Origin: Candidatus Onthousia excrementipullorum
GTDB lineage: Bacteria; Bacillota_I; Bacilli_A; RF39; UBA660
Length of the DNA stretch: 54,201 nucleotides
Reading direction: 5' to 3'
Assembly (NCBI GenBank): GCA_018712385.1
Contig: DVHC01000003.1
Span: 1 to 54,201 of the forward strand
Shown: positions 1-9,484 of the stretch, piece after piece
Layout: every line of letters starts with the position of its first letter
Numbering within the stretch: position 1 is the first letter of the stretch
Program-made: the position numbers and the translations under genes
The notes under the pieces: model-generated
Database searches by the model: none
Seen by the model: only the letters and a program-made list of their open reading frames with translations
What the model was told of the DNA's origin: nothing

Positions 1-40
1 CAACAAAAACTGTAAAATAATCACTGAAAATACGAAAAAA

Positions 41-65
41 AGAAATTGATATAAAATCAATTTCT
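41..65. terminator. Hairpin, probable intrinsic terminator of an upstream gene
   Basis: AGAAATTGAT-ataaa-ATCAATTTCT, 10-bp inverted repeat preceded by an A-tract. Confidence 0.5.
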
Positions 66-210
66 CATATGTAAAATTTTTATTGAAAATTAATTTTTTT
101 TAATGTAAAATTTTCTCTGAAAAATCACAACAGAAAGTGATATTTAATCATTTTCTTTTTACTTTTTTTTACTTATCAGTTATAATATTTAAAGAAAAGA
201 GAGTGATAAA

Positions 211-1518
211 ATGTTTGAAAGCTTAGGAGATAGATTACAAAATGCTCTACATAAGATAAAAGGTTATGGTAAGATAACTGAAGATAATATCGGCGATATG
301 ATGAAAGAAATAAGGCTAGCTTTGCTAGAAGCCGATGTTAATTATAAAGTAGTTAAAGAGTTTGTTAATAATGTTAAAGAAAAAGCTTTAGGAGAAGAAG
401 TTAGAACTAGTATTAAACCAGGAGATTTATTTGTTAAGATAGTTAAAGATGAATTAACTGAATTACTAGGAGGAGACTCTGCACCTTTAAACCTTAATGG
501 TAATCCTGCCATACTTATGTTAGTAGGACTTCAAGGTAGTGGTAAAACTACAACTATCGGAAAACTTGCCAATTACCTTCGTAAGAAAAAAGGTAAGAAA
601 CCTTTAATGGTCGCTTGTGATGTATATAGACCTGCTGCCATTGACCAGTTAAAACAACTAGGAAAAGAACTTAATATTGAAGTTTATAGTGAAGGTAAAG
701 GTAATCCTGTAGAAATAAGTAAGAATGCTATTAACTATGCTAAAGAAAATGGTTATGACTATGTCCTAATCGATACTGCAGGACGTCTTCAAATAGATGA
801 AGCTTTAATGGACGAGTTAGAAAATATTACTGCAGCAGTGCCTCCACAAGAAACATTACTTGTAATAGATGCAATGATGGGTCAAGATGCTATTAATGTT
901 ATAACAGGCTTTAATGATAAATTAAAACTAACAGGAGTAATATTAACCAAATTAGATGGTGATACTAAAGGTGGAGTTGCTCTATCCGTAAGACATTTAA
1001 CTAATGTACCTATAAAATTCATTGGTACAAGTGAAAAACTAGATGGACTAGACTCATTTGACCCAGAACGAATGGCAGGACGTATTCTTGGAATGGGAGA
1101 TATCGTCTCTTTAGTTGAACAAGCAGAAGCTGCTATTGATGAAAAAGAAGCTGAAAAGACTGCTAAGAGAATGCAGCAAGGTAAGTTTGATTTAGAAGAC
1201 TTCTTATCAACACTAAAACAAATAAAAAAACTAGGACCACTTGAAAACATCTTAAAATTAATACCAGGTGCTAAAAAGATGGGACTAACTAATGTAAATA
1301 TTCCCCCTAAACAAATGGCTCATATCGAAGCGATAATTCTTTCTATGACTAAAGAAGAAAGAAGAAATCCATCTATTATTAAAGCATCACGTAAAACCAG
1401 AATTGCTAAAGGTTGCGGATTATCAGTATCAGAAGTAAATAAACTATTAACCCAGTTTGAAAACATGAAAAAAATGATGAAACAAATGAAAAATGGTAAC
1501 TTTAAAATGCCATTTTAG
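211..1518 (+). CDS. ffh: Signal recognition particle protein Ffh
   Basis: GLQGSGKTT P-loop, DTAGR and TKLDG GTPase motifs, Met-rich C-terminal M domain. Confidence 0.98.
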   Translation: MFESLGDRLQNALHKIKGYGKITEDNIGDMMKEIRLALLEADVNYKVVKEFVNNVKEKALGEEVRTSIKPGDLFVKIVKDELTELLGGDSAPLNLNGNPAILMLVGLQGSGKTTTIGKLANYLRKKKGKKPLMVACDVYRPAAIDQLKQLGKELNIEVYSEGKGNPVEISKNAINYAKENGYDYVLIDTAGRLQIDEALMDELENITAAVPPQETLLVIDAMMGQDAINVITGFNDKLKLTGVILTKLDGDTKGGVALSVRHLTNVPIKFIGTSEKLDGLDSFDPERMAGRILGMGDIVSLVEQAEAAIDEKEAEKTAKRMQQGKFDLEDFLSTLKQIKKLGPLENILKLIPGAKKMGLTNVNIPPKQMAHIEAIILSMTKEERRNPSIIKASRKTRIAKGCGLSVSEVNKLLTQFENMKKMMKQMKNGNFKMPF

Positions 1519-1578
1519 GCAAATAATTTATACACAAATTTCCTAAGTGAATATCTTAATACTAGAGGAGGAAAGTGT

Positions 1579-1920
1579 ATGTTATTTAATAATCAAGCTA
1601 TCGATATGAATTCTACTATCGATGGTAATAATAATGTCGTTGACCAAGATATGAATATTGATATCAATATGAACAATAATAGTATGGGAATGGGCCAAAA
1701 TAATATGGAAATGATGGATAGCCAATCTCCAATCATTGAACCAGTACAAGAGCGTCAAATAAATAGAACTTTCGTTCATCAAGTACCTCACGTATGTCCA
1801 ATCCATACAAGAATAGTTAATCATCACATTTTCAAACATACTTATTGTCCTAGATATACTTGCTGTGAAGAAAATGTTTGTTGCAATATCGACCAAGGTT
1901 CATGTTGTAACTTTCGTTAA
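1579..1920 (+). CDS. Spore coat protein, CotD-like, with Asn/Met-rich N-terminus and Cys-rich tail
   Basis: PIIEP...FVHQVPHVCPIHTRIVNHHIFKH resembles the CotD family pattern; GAGGAGG RBS; terminator follows. Confidence 0.7.
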   Translation: MLFNNQAIDMNSTIDGNNNVVDQDMNIDINMNNNSMGMGQNNMEMMDSQSPIIEPVQERQINRTFVHQVPHVCPIHTRIVNHHIFKHTYCPRYTCCEENVCCNIDQGSCCNFR

Positions 1921-1946
1921 AAGCCAAGATAACCATCTTGGTTTTT
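1921..1946 (+). terminator. Intrinsic terminator
   Basis: CCAAGAT-aacc-ATCTTGG followed by T-run. Confidence 0.7.
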
Positions 1947-1958
1947 ACATGACTAAAT

Positions 1959-1984
1959 TTAAAATTATCAATTGATAATTTTAA
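1959..1984. promoter_or_regulatory. Perfect 26-bp palindrome over the -35 of the TA promoter (candidate antitoxin operator)
   Basis: TTAAAATTATCAA|TTGATAATTTTAA; contains TTGATA (1972-1977), 17 nt before TATTAT. Confidence 0.65.
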
Positions 1985-2018
1985 TATCTTATGTTATTAT
2001 AATTATAGGTGATGAATA

Positions 2019-2339
2019 TTGGATGTTACAGCAATAATATATTTATTACATAAGTCAGTCTCTAACAAAGATTATGATTTTGTTCCTACTGCTAAAAATA
2101 GAAACTCTAGAAGAAAATATGGACTAACTTTGTATGATATTGAAGATTTTTTAAAATCTATTACTGAGGAAGATTTAGTAAGTGGACCAGAGATAGATAG
2201 AGATATGCCTAGTGAAAAAGTATATATTTTTATGAAAGAAATAATTACAGGAGTAACTTTCTATGTTAAAATAAAAAAAGATAGTAAAGTTACTTATGAT
2301 AGGATAAAAATATTATCTTGTCATGAAGCTGAGTATTAA
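2019..2339 (+). CDS. Type II toxin, MqsR/RelE-like mRNA interferase
   Basis: GPEIDRD...VYIF...FYVKIK...ILSCH pattern typical of MqsR-like toxins; directly upstream of an HTH antitoxin. Confidence 0.7.
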   Translation: MDVTAIIYLLHKSVSNKDYDFVPTAKNRNSRRKYGLTLYDIEDFLKSITEEDLVSGPEIDRDMPSEKVYIFMKEIITGVTFYVKIKKDSKVTYDRIKILSCHEAEY

Positions 2340-2354
2340 TTAGGAGGGATTACC

Positions 2355-3302
2355 ATGAAAAATAATAACTTAAGAGTTAGAAAAGTCAAAGTGCAAGTTA
2401 AAGACAAAATTATTTCTTATGATGAGTATTATTTAGTAGATGAACTTGGTGAAGAAATATTTAATAGAGAGATAGAAATAGAAAATGATAATAGATTATA
2501 TAATACTTATAAAAAACAAAAAAACTTATTAACAAGCACAGAAATAAAAGAAATAAGAAAAAAATACGGATTAACACAAAAAGAATATGCTTTTATTATA
2601 GGAGTGGGCGAAATAACTATTCATCGTTTTGAAAAAGGAGCGATTCAAACAGAAGCAGTTGATTCTATAATGAGATTATCAAATAACCCTAATAATATGT
2701 ATTTTCTACTTTTGAAAAACAAAAATAACATAACTGACTCATTATATAAATCAACTTTAAATAAAGTACAAGAATTAATTACATTAAAGAGACATGAACT
2801 TATAGATATAAATGCATTTGATAAAAAACTATTATCTTTTAAAGAAGAGAATGCAATTGATGTAGCAGAAAATATTATAAAAATATATAACGAAAAAGTT
2901 GATAAATTAGTAAAAGAATATAATATTGTTCCTGAATATATAACCAATTTAAAATTACAAAAATTATTATATTATGTTCAAGCTATTAGTTTACAAGTCT
3001 TTGAAAAACTAGCTTTTAAAGAAAAAATAATGGCATGGTCATATGGGCCGGTTGTGAATGAAGTATATCAAAAATACAAAGAAAATCATAGCAATGAAAT
3101 TAAAATTGACGGAAAAGTTAAAAAAATATCAAGTGGTTTAGAGAAAGTAATTAATGAAGTTATCGATAGTTACGGAAGTATGGAGGCAAACAAGTTAATT
3201 GATTTTACCCATGAGGAAGAACCATGGAAAAATACAGAAATAAATAAAGAAATTAAAACAGATATAATAAAAAAATACTTTAATAAAGTTTATGAAGTTT
3301 AA
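2355..3302 (+). CDS. Antitoxin: MqsA-like XRE HTH fused to a Panacea (DUF4065/SocA-like) domain
   Basis: IKEIRKKYGLTQKEYA...TIHRFEKG HTH; TNLKLQKLLYY, AWSYGPV and THEEEPW Panacea motifs. Confidence 0.8.
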   Translation: MKNNNLRVRKVKVQVKDKIISYDEYYLVDELGEEIFNREIEIENDNRLYNTYKKQKNLLTSTEIKEIRKKYGLTQKEYAFIIGVGEITIHRFEKGAIQTEAVDSIMRLSNNPNNMYFLLLKNKNNITDSLYKSTLNKVQELITLKRHELIDINAFDKKLLSFKEENAIDVAENIIKIYNEKVDKLVKEYNIVPEYITNLKLQKLLYYVQAISLQVFEKLAFKEKIMAWSYGPVVNEVYQKYKENHSNEIKIDGKVKKISSGLEKVINEVIDSYGSMEANKLIDFTHEEEPWKNTEINKEIKTDIIKKYFNKVYEV

Positions 3303-3338
3303 ATATTAATAATATATTCTTATTTACATGTTAAAAAA

Positions 3339-4995
3339 GTTACAGTTCAGATAGAACATGACAAAAATTAGGTAGAACTATCAAGTTCTATCTATTTTTA
3401 TACCCGAACTGTTTTATTACTAAAAACCTCTTTTAAAGAAGAATTTAATGATTTTTTATTTTTAGAACATGTAGATGCAAAACTTCTTATAACTACAAAG
3501 TTATTCGCTCCTTCAATACTTCTAAACTTACCAATCTTTTGTCTAATCTTTGCAAATCTTAAATCTGCTTCCGCTCTGTTATTAGAAAATGGAACATAAA
3601 ACTTCTTCAAAAATAGTAAATGATTATCTACATATTTTTCTAAACGATTTAGTAATCTTCTCTCATCTTTTTTATAAGAATTTGTTTTTAAATCTTTTTT
3701 ATATTCAAGATTACCTTCTTTTAAGATTTCTAAATATCTATTTTTAAAGCTTTCATATTCTGTATCAGAAATTCTTTCTATACCAGATGCTATTAATTCT
3801 TCTTTTCTATTCTTCATTTCTATTAACAATGAAGAAAGTTTCTTAGCCCATTTATGTTCAGTAAAATCTGTAACTCCTTTTAAATATCTTAAAGCATGAA
3901 CATTACATTCTGCATTTCCACTTCCATAATTGTAATACATGATAAAGTGGTCATGGACTAATATACCATTAAATTGCTTTAAAAGTCCAAAGTCCTTTAT
4001 CGCTTTTTCACCTCTTTTTTTACTAACATATTGTAAAGTATACTTATCATTTGAAATATTATGTATGTAATACTGTTCTCCATTAATTTTGATTGGAGTT
4101 TCATCAACATGTAAAACGAGACTATTTAATAATTCTTTTTTGATTTTTTCATATTCTGTATTAGATAGTACATCTGATAGTCCATGAATCCAACTGTATA
4201 TAGAACCTTTTGATGGAATTAATTTATTATCAGTAAATTCACCAAGTAGTGATTTTATTGCATCTAAAGAAGAACCTTTCATATACATTAAGGCACTTAT
4301 TGATTTTATATTATTTCCATATATTACCGGACTAGAAGTAATGTTTTGAGGAGTAGTTGGATAGTAAACATGTTTTATTAAGACTTTTTCTACTTTAATA
4401 TCTATTTCATAAGTTACAATTGGTGTATTATTTTCTGTTAATTTATTTTTATTTTCTTCTACTATTATTATTCTATCAATTTCTTTATTTTCTATCATTT
4501 TATCTATTTTTTCTTTAGTTAAGGTTTCTCCTTTATGACCAACTTGACCACCTTGTTTTTTACCTGATTTCTCGCGGTTATTGGTAATTACTTTTTTATA
4601 TCCATTAGTAGAAGAAGGCTTACTAGAGTTAGAACTATCTTTATCATTATTATTTTTTAATCTTTCAATTTCAAGTAATAATTTTTGATTTTTTTTATTT
4701 ACCTTTTCTAGTTCTTTTGTAAGTTTCTTATTATTCTCATTTAATTCAGATATTATTAATGACATATTAAAGATAGTACTATTTGCTTTATCTAACTTTT
4801 TATTTAATTCTTCAAATTGTTTATAAAAATCATTTACATATCCTTTTGTTGTCATATCAAATACCTACCTTTGTTTTAATTATAAATAAATTGTGTTTTA
4901 ATTAACAGTCTATTATTTTCTTTTATCTTCTAGTAAAATAGTAATAAAAAAGATAGATTTGACTTTTATTTAGTCTTTTCTATCTGAACTGTAAC
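3339..4995 (-). mobile_element. IS66-family insertion sequence, single-ORF (ISBst12-group-like), 1657 bp
   Basis: 18-bp perfect terminal IR GTTACAGTTCAGATAGAA (3339-3356 / 4978-4995); 8-bp target duplication TTAAAAAA at 3331-3338 and 4996-5003. Confidence 0.93.
3398..4855 (-). CDS. IS66-family DDE transposase
   Basis: Coiled-coil N-terminus, DSSNSSKPSS, GGQVGHKG, HVDET, VHDH, CNVHALR and PFSNNRAEADLR motifs. Confidence 0.93.
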   Translation of the reverse strand: MTTKGYVNDFYKQFEELNKKLDKANSTIFNMSLIISELNENNKKLTKELEKVNKKNQKLLLEIERLKNNNDKDSSNSSKPSSTNGYKKVITNNREKSGKKQGGQVGHKGETLTKEKIDKMIENKEIDRIIIVEENKNKLTENNTPIVTYEIDIKVEKVLIKHVYYPTTPQNITSSPVIYGNNIKSISALMYMKGSSLDAIKSLLGEFTDNKLIPSKGSIYSWIHGLSDVLSNTEYEKIKKELLNSLVLHVDETPIKINGEQYYIHNISNDKYTLQYVSKKRGEKAIKDFGLLKQFNGILVHDHFIMYYNYGSGNAECNVHALRYLKGVTDFTEHKWAKKLSSLLIEMKNRKEELIASGIERISDTEYESFKNRYLEILKEGNLEYKKDLKTNSYKKDERRLLNRLEKYVDNHLLFLKKFYVPFSNNRAEADLRFAKIRQKIGKFRSIEGANNFVVIRSFASTCSKNKKSLNSSLKEVFSNKTVRV

Positions 4996-5066
4996 TTAAA
5001 AAATGTCTAATTATGTCATATTACTTGTAAAATATTCTTTATAATTATAAGATAATAATAAGGAGT

Positions 5067-5282
5067 GTGATACAAGTGAATTATCCATCTATTGATAAAT
5101 TACTTAATATTGTAAGTTCTAAGTATGAATTAGTTCATATCGCTGCAAGACGTAGTAAAGAAATGACTAAAGATGAACACTATCAACTAGCCTTAAACCA
5201 ATATAAATGTGAAAAAAATATTGGTAGAGCCTTAGAAGAGATATTAGAGGGAAAATTAAAAGTAGTTGAAAAAGAAAACTAA
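5067..5282 (+). CDS. rpoZ: RNA polymerase omega subunit
   Basis: YPSIDKLL...SKYELVHIAARR...ALEEI. Confidence 0.92.
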   Translation: MIQVNYPSIDKLLNIVSSKYELVHIAARRSKEMTKDEHYQLALNQYKCEKNIGRALEEILEGKLKVVEKEN

Positions 5283-5371
5283 TAAGAAACACATATCACA
5301 GTTTGGTATGTGTTTTATTATTTAAATTAACTATTTAATGTGATAGAATGACTTTAGAGGGGGAATTAATA

Positions 5372-6436
5372 ATGCTAAATGATTTATGCTTTGAAATAAT
5401 AGAAACCTGTCCTAATAATTGTTTATTTTGTTCTTCTTGTTCATCTATCAATAAAAAAAGAATGATAGATTATAAAAAGTTTAAAGAAGTAATAGATTAT
5501 TTTATTAGTATAGGCGGAATAAAAGAAATATCTATATCTGGAGGAGAACCTCTATTACATTCTGAACTATTAAGAATGATTAGATATTGTAAACTAAATA
5601 ATATTAAAACAGTCTTATTCACTAGTGGTATAAAACTAAGAACTAAAATGACAGAAGAAGATAAAGAAATATTAGAGTTCAATCTAAGAAAACAGTATAA
5701 GTCATATTTATCTGAAGGTATGTCTAAAGAAGAGTTTGATATATTGATTGAAAAGCAAATGAAGATTTACTTATGGTATAATGAAAAAACTTTTGATTCT
5801 CTATCATCATTTGACTGTAAACTATTAAAAGAAAGTGGACTTGATAAAATTGTTTTTGACTTTGAAGCTTGGAACAAAGATGTATATGATAAAATTATGG
5901 GAACTAAAGATTTATTTGATTTAGTAACATTATCAATGATAAAATCAAAAAGTGCTGGACTTAATACCAATGCTCATTTCATTCCTACAAAAATTAATTA
6001 CAAAGAACTCGCTGATATTATTGAAATGCTTAATGTTGCAGAATTTGATGAGTTAAGTATTCTTAATTTTGTTCCCCAAGGAAGAGGTAAAACAAATGAA
6101 GATTTACTATCTTTAACAGAAGAAGAATTTAGAGAGTTTCTTGAAATCTATGAAAAATGTAAAAATGAATTTAAAGGAGATTTAAGAGTAGGTATCCATT
6201 TACAAGAAGAAGATACTCATAAGTGCACAGCTGGACTTTCTAAACTTGTTATTAAATATGATGGTACAGTTTTACCATGTGCAGCCTTTAAAGAATATGA
6301 TTTAAAAACACTTAATAGTATGGGAATAAAAACACCTAATATCTATACTAATTTAGAAGAAGTAGAAATACATAATGGTACTAGAAAGAAGCCTTTATGT
6401 AAACAGTTATATCATTTTAATAAAGTAATTAAATAA
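5372..6436 (+). CDS. Radical SAM protein with short C-terminal Twitch/SPASM-like Cys motif
   Basis: CPNNCLFC, SGGEPLL, C-terminal CTAG...DGTVLPC; ATG 5372 follows GAGGGGG RBS. Confidence 0.85.
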   Translation: MLNDLCFEIIETCPNNCLFCSSCSSINKKRMIDYKKFKEVIDYFISIGGIKEISISGGEPLLHSELLRMIRYCKLNNIKTVLFTSGIKLRTKMTEEDKEILEFNLRKQYKSYLSEGMSKEEFDILIEKQMKIYLWYNEKTFDSLSSFDCKLLKESGLDKIVFDFEAWNKDVYDKIMGTKDLFDLVTLSMIKSKSAGLNTNAHFIPTKINYKELADIIEMLNVAEFDELSILNFVPQGRGKTNEDLLSLTEEEFREFLEIYEKCKNEFKGDLRVGIHLQEEDTHKCTAGLSKLVIKYDGTVLPCAAFKEYDLKTLNSMGIKTPNIYTNLEEVEIHNGTRKKPLCKQLYHFNKVIK

Positions 6437-6446
6437 GGAGAAATAT

Positions 6447-7196
6447 ATGAAAATAGAAAAGTTTAAGAAAAGACCTAATGGATTATATACAATTTATTTA
6501 GATAATTTTAATAGTTATGACTTCTATGAAGAGATAATATTAAAGTATGAGTTACTAATAACTAAGACTATAGAAGAAGATGAACTTAATAAGATAATTA
6601 AAGATAATAAAAACTATGAAAGTTATTATGAGGCCCTAAAGACTTTAAAAAGAACTATTAAAACTAAAGAAGAGATAAGAAAGCTCTTAACTGAAAAAAA
6701 ATATAGTAAAGAAAGTATATCCTTTGCTATCAACACTTTAGAAAAACAAGGTTATATTAATGATAAGAACTATGCTAAAAGTTATGTTCATAATGCTATT
6801 ATAACTACTAATAAAGGCCCTAAAAAAATAGAACAGGAATTAATTAAAAAAGGAGTAACTTCTCTTGATTATAATGAAGCCCTAGATGAGTTTACGACCA
6901 TCTTAGAAAAAGAAAAAATAGAGAAGTTAATCTCTAAGAAAATAAAATCTAATCATAATAAGAGTGCTAAAGTCTTAAAACAAAAACTAGGGCTAGATTT
7001 AATCAATAATGGTTTTCACCAAGATATAATAAAAGAAGTGTTAAACTCTACTGCTATAGAAGAAAATAGTGATATTGCAAAAAAAGAATATCAAAAGTAT
7101 TATAATAAATTAAGTAAAAAATACTCTGGTAAGGAACTAGAGTATAAATTAAAACAAAAGATGTATAGCTTAGGTTTTAAGATGCCAAAAGAATAG
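6447..7196 (+). CDS. recX: Regulatory protein RecX
   Basis: GYINDKNYA, KGPKKIEQELIKKG and repeated L..KGF/NGF helical repeats; Firmicute-length RecX. Confidence 0.85.
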   Translation: MKIEKFKKRPNGLYTIYLDNFNSYDFYEEIILKYELLITKTIEEDELNKIIKDNKNYESYYEALKTLKRTIKTKEEIRKLLTEKKYSKESISFAINTLEKQGYINDKNYAKSYVHNAIITTNKGPKKIEQELIKKGVTSLDYNEALDEFTTILEKEKIEKLISKKIKSNHNKSAKVLKQKLGLDLINNGFHQDIIKEVLNSTAIEENSDIAKKEYQKYYNKLSKKYSGKELEYKLKQKMYSLGFKMPKE

Positions 7197-7232
7197 AGAT
7201 AACTTTAATTGCTATCTCTTTTATTAATTAGG

Positions 7233-7919
7233 CTATCTTCTTAGATTTTTATGCCCTTTATATTTATTTCTTGTATCTATTATATAGTTTTTACTATCTT
7301 CTATAACTTTTCTACCAATTACTAGCAAATCATCTTTTTCAATTCCATAAGCTTTAAGCATAGTTACGAATAAAGGAGCAGACCAAGCCTCGCTTTCATC
7401 TTCCTTAACAATCGCTCTTTCAAATTCATAAGGTGTATTTATAGTTCTTTGCATAGAAGAATACTTTACTAATAGACTAAGCTCTCTTATTTGCAAAATA
7501 TCAAATAAATCATTAGTATTAGCTTTTCCATTTTCTTTAAGGTAATTATGCAATATAGTAGTTGCTTTTATTATATGGTCATTACCTTCAATACCATATT
7601 CATGATTTACCATTCTAACAAAAGCTTTTGCCCCTGTTATCATTCTTGTACATTTAGTCCATGCATAAAGAAGTTCTAAAGAATCATTACCTTCAATTTC
7701 CTCTTCAACTATTTTATTACGTAATTTCTTTTTTGTTTTATCATCACATGGCTTTTGAAGCTTAATGACTTGTTCTTCTATTCCATTTTTTATAATATCT
7801 CTCCAAATAAAGAAATCCTCTGTTGTTTTAATATATGGAAATTCTTTAAAATCTTTTTCTACTTGCTCATAAATAGGAATTAATCTTTGCTTAGTTTCTT
7901 CAGTTATATCTTTTCTCAT
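7233..7919 (-). CDS. Hypothetical protein (orphan)
   Basis: 228-aa ORF with RBS and consensus sigma-A promoter. Confidence 0.75.
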   Translation of the reverse strand: MRKDITEETKQRLIPIYEQVEKDFKEFPYIKTTEDFFIWRDIIKNGIEEQVIKLQKPCDDKTKKKLRNKIVEEEIEGNDSLELLYAWTKCTRMITGAKAFVRMVNHEYGIEGNDHIIKATTILHNYLKENGKANTNDLFDILQIRELSLLVKYSSMQRTINTPYEFERAIVKEDESEAWSAPLFVTMLKAYGIEKDDLLVIGRKVIEDSKNYIIDTRNKYKGHKNLRR

Positions 7920-7950
7920 AATATCATCCCTTTCTTTTCTTGTGTCGCAT

Positions 7951-7979
7951 ATTATACTACAAAAACTTTATTTTGTCAA
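7951..7979 (-). promoter_or_regulatory. Consensus sigma-A promoter
   Basis: TTGACA-N17-TATAAT on the minus strand. Confidence 0.8.
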
Positions 7980-8031
7980 AAAAGAGAAGTAACATAAACA
8001 GTACTTCTCTTAAATATTTAATTTTCTATTT

Positions 8032-9036
8032 CTAACTAGCAGTTGAACTATTATTAACACTATCTAATAGTTGTTGCATTAAATCATCATAATCTTTCTT
8101 TAGACTATCATCATTAAACTTAATACCTGCTTCTTCTCTAATAGCAATCAAAGCATTATATCTTAAAGATGCATCTTCATTAAGCTTATCATCAGCAAGT
8201 GTTTTTATAATATCATCTTTAACTTTCTTTAATTTAGGTTTACTTTTCTGATCAACTTTAAGAATTATATGGTAACCAAAACTAGACTTAACAGGCTCTT
8301 CTGTATATTTACCTTTTTCAAGGTCAATTGAGGCATTTAAGAAAGCTTCATCCATATTATCATCTCTATTGAAGTAATCAATTAAGCCACCATCACTAGC
8401 ACTACCAGTATCATCAGAATACTTTTTAGCAAGTTCTTCAAAGTCTGCTCCATCATCTAATTGTTTAATTAAGTCTTCTGCTTTCTTCTTAGCTTTATCT
8501 TCAGCTTCTTGTTTTTCTTCAGTAGACATATCATCATTAGTATCAGGTTTAATTAAGATATGTCTAACTTTAATATCACCGATAACTTCATCATCATAGT
8601 ATTTTTGGATCTCATCATCAGTAACACTATTCTTTACATAGTCTTCAATCGCTAAATTCCTCTTATATTCAAGTGATAACATATCTCTTAACTCATCTTC
8701 ATCTTCAACACCTAAATATTGCTTAATAGCAGCTTGAAAAGCCTCATCATCATTATTATACTGACTCTTCATCTGTTCAATCTGAGAATTAATTGTTTCT
8801 TTTTCAGTATCATCAGTTTTATACTTCTCATCAAATAATTGATGATCTATCATATCAACTAAAACACTAATACCATATTTATCCCTTAATTCTTCATATA
8901 GAGCATCTGCTGTAATCTTTCCTTCATCAGTTTTAACTACTGTATTGTTATCTTTAAGTTCAGCCTTATTTCCACAACCAGTAACTAAAAGACAAATTGC
9001 AAGAAGAGAAGCAGTTGCTTTAACTATTTTTTTCAT
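8032..9036 (-). CDS. prsA: Foldase lipoprotein PrsA (parvulin PPIase)
   Basis: Lipobox VTGC; VRHILI, FEELAKKYSDD, SFGYHII. Confidence 0.92.
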   Translation of the reverse strand: MKKIVKATASLLAICLLVTGCGNKAELKDNNTVVKTDEGKITADALYEELRDKYGISVLVDMIDHQLFDEKYKTDDTEKETINSQIEQMKSQYNNDDEAFQAAIKQYLGVEDEDELRDMLSLEYKRNLAIEDYVKNSVTDDEIQKYYDDEVIGDIKVRHILIKPDTNDDMSTEEKQEAEDKAKKKAEDLIKQLDDGADFEELAKKYSDDTGSASDGGLIDYFNRDDNMDEAFLNASIDLEKGKYTEEPVKSSFGYHIILKVDQKSKPKLKKVKDDIIKTLADDKLNEDASLRYNALIAIREEAGIKFNDDSLKKDYDDLMQQLLDSVNNSSTAS

Positions 9037-9113
9037 TTAATTTCCTCCTTATCAGTTCATTAAATATCATAGCATTAACTTAACTAACTTGCAAATAAAT
9101 AAGGTAAATTTAT

Positions 9114-9142
9114 CACACTTTTTTATTAATTACCATAAAATA
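9114..9142 (+). promoter_or_regulatory. SigK-type promoter
   Basis: CACA-N16-CATAAAATA upstream of the YjcZ-like genes. Confidence 0.55.
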
Positions 9143-9175
9143 ATGTGAACACTAGAAAAAAAGGAGGATTAAGTT

Positions 9176-9256
9176 ATGGGTAATTGTAATTCAAACAGTG
9201 CTATTATTTTAGTATTATTTATCTTACTAGTTATAATTATAGGTGCCTATATCTAA
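9176..9256 (+). CDS. YjcZ/SscA-family small sporulation peptide, 26 aa (MGNCNSNSAIILVLFILLVIIIGAYI)
   Basis: AAGGAGG RBS; LVLFILLVIIIG family signature; too short for the ORF track. Confidence 0.8.
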   Translation: MGNCNSNSAIILVLFILLVIIIGAYI

Positions 9257-9278
9257 GATATAATAAGGAGGTGTAAAA

Positions 9279-9407
9279 ATGTCTTGTTCAAATAATCAAA
9301 CAGTAACTACAAGCTGCTGTACATCTAGACCAAGAAATAGTTTTGTAATCATAATTGTATTATACATCTTACTAGCTATTATCTTAGGTTCTTGTATGAC
9401 ATATTAA
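9279..9407 (+). CDS. Second YjcZ/SscA-like peptide, 42 aa, Cys-rich
   Basis: AAGGAGGT RBS; MSCSNNQTVTTSCCTSRPRNSFVIIIVLYILLAIILGSCMTY. Confidence 0.75.
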   Translation: MSCSNNQTVTTSCCTSRPRNSFVIIIVLYILLAIILGSCMTY

Positions 9408-9484
9408 TTAAGAAGCTCTTTATTAGAGTTTCTTTTTGTATGATATAAAGATATTTGTACATAATAACAAAGAGGTGAACTTTA

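Noticed and set aside
1579-6436. Cys-rich 113-aa protein as a RiPP precursor for the radical SAM enzyme
   Set aside because: It resembles the CotD coat-protein pattern, has its own terminator and is separated from the enzyme by unrelated genes.
9438-9466. SigG-like promoter GTATG-N17-CATAATA before 9485
   Set aside because: Fits the consensus, but such matches are easy to obtain in AT-rich DNA and the gene has no known sporulation link.
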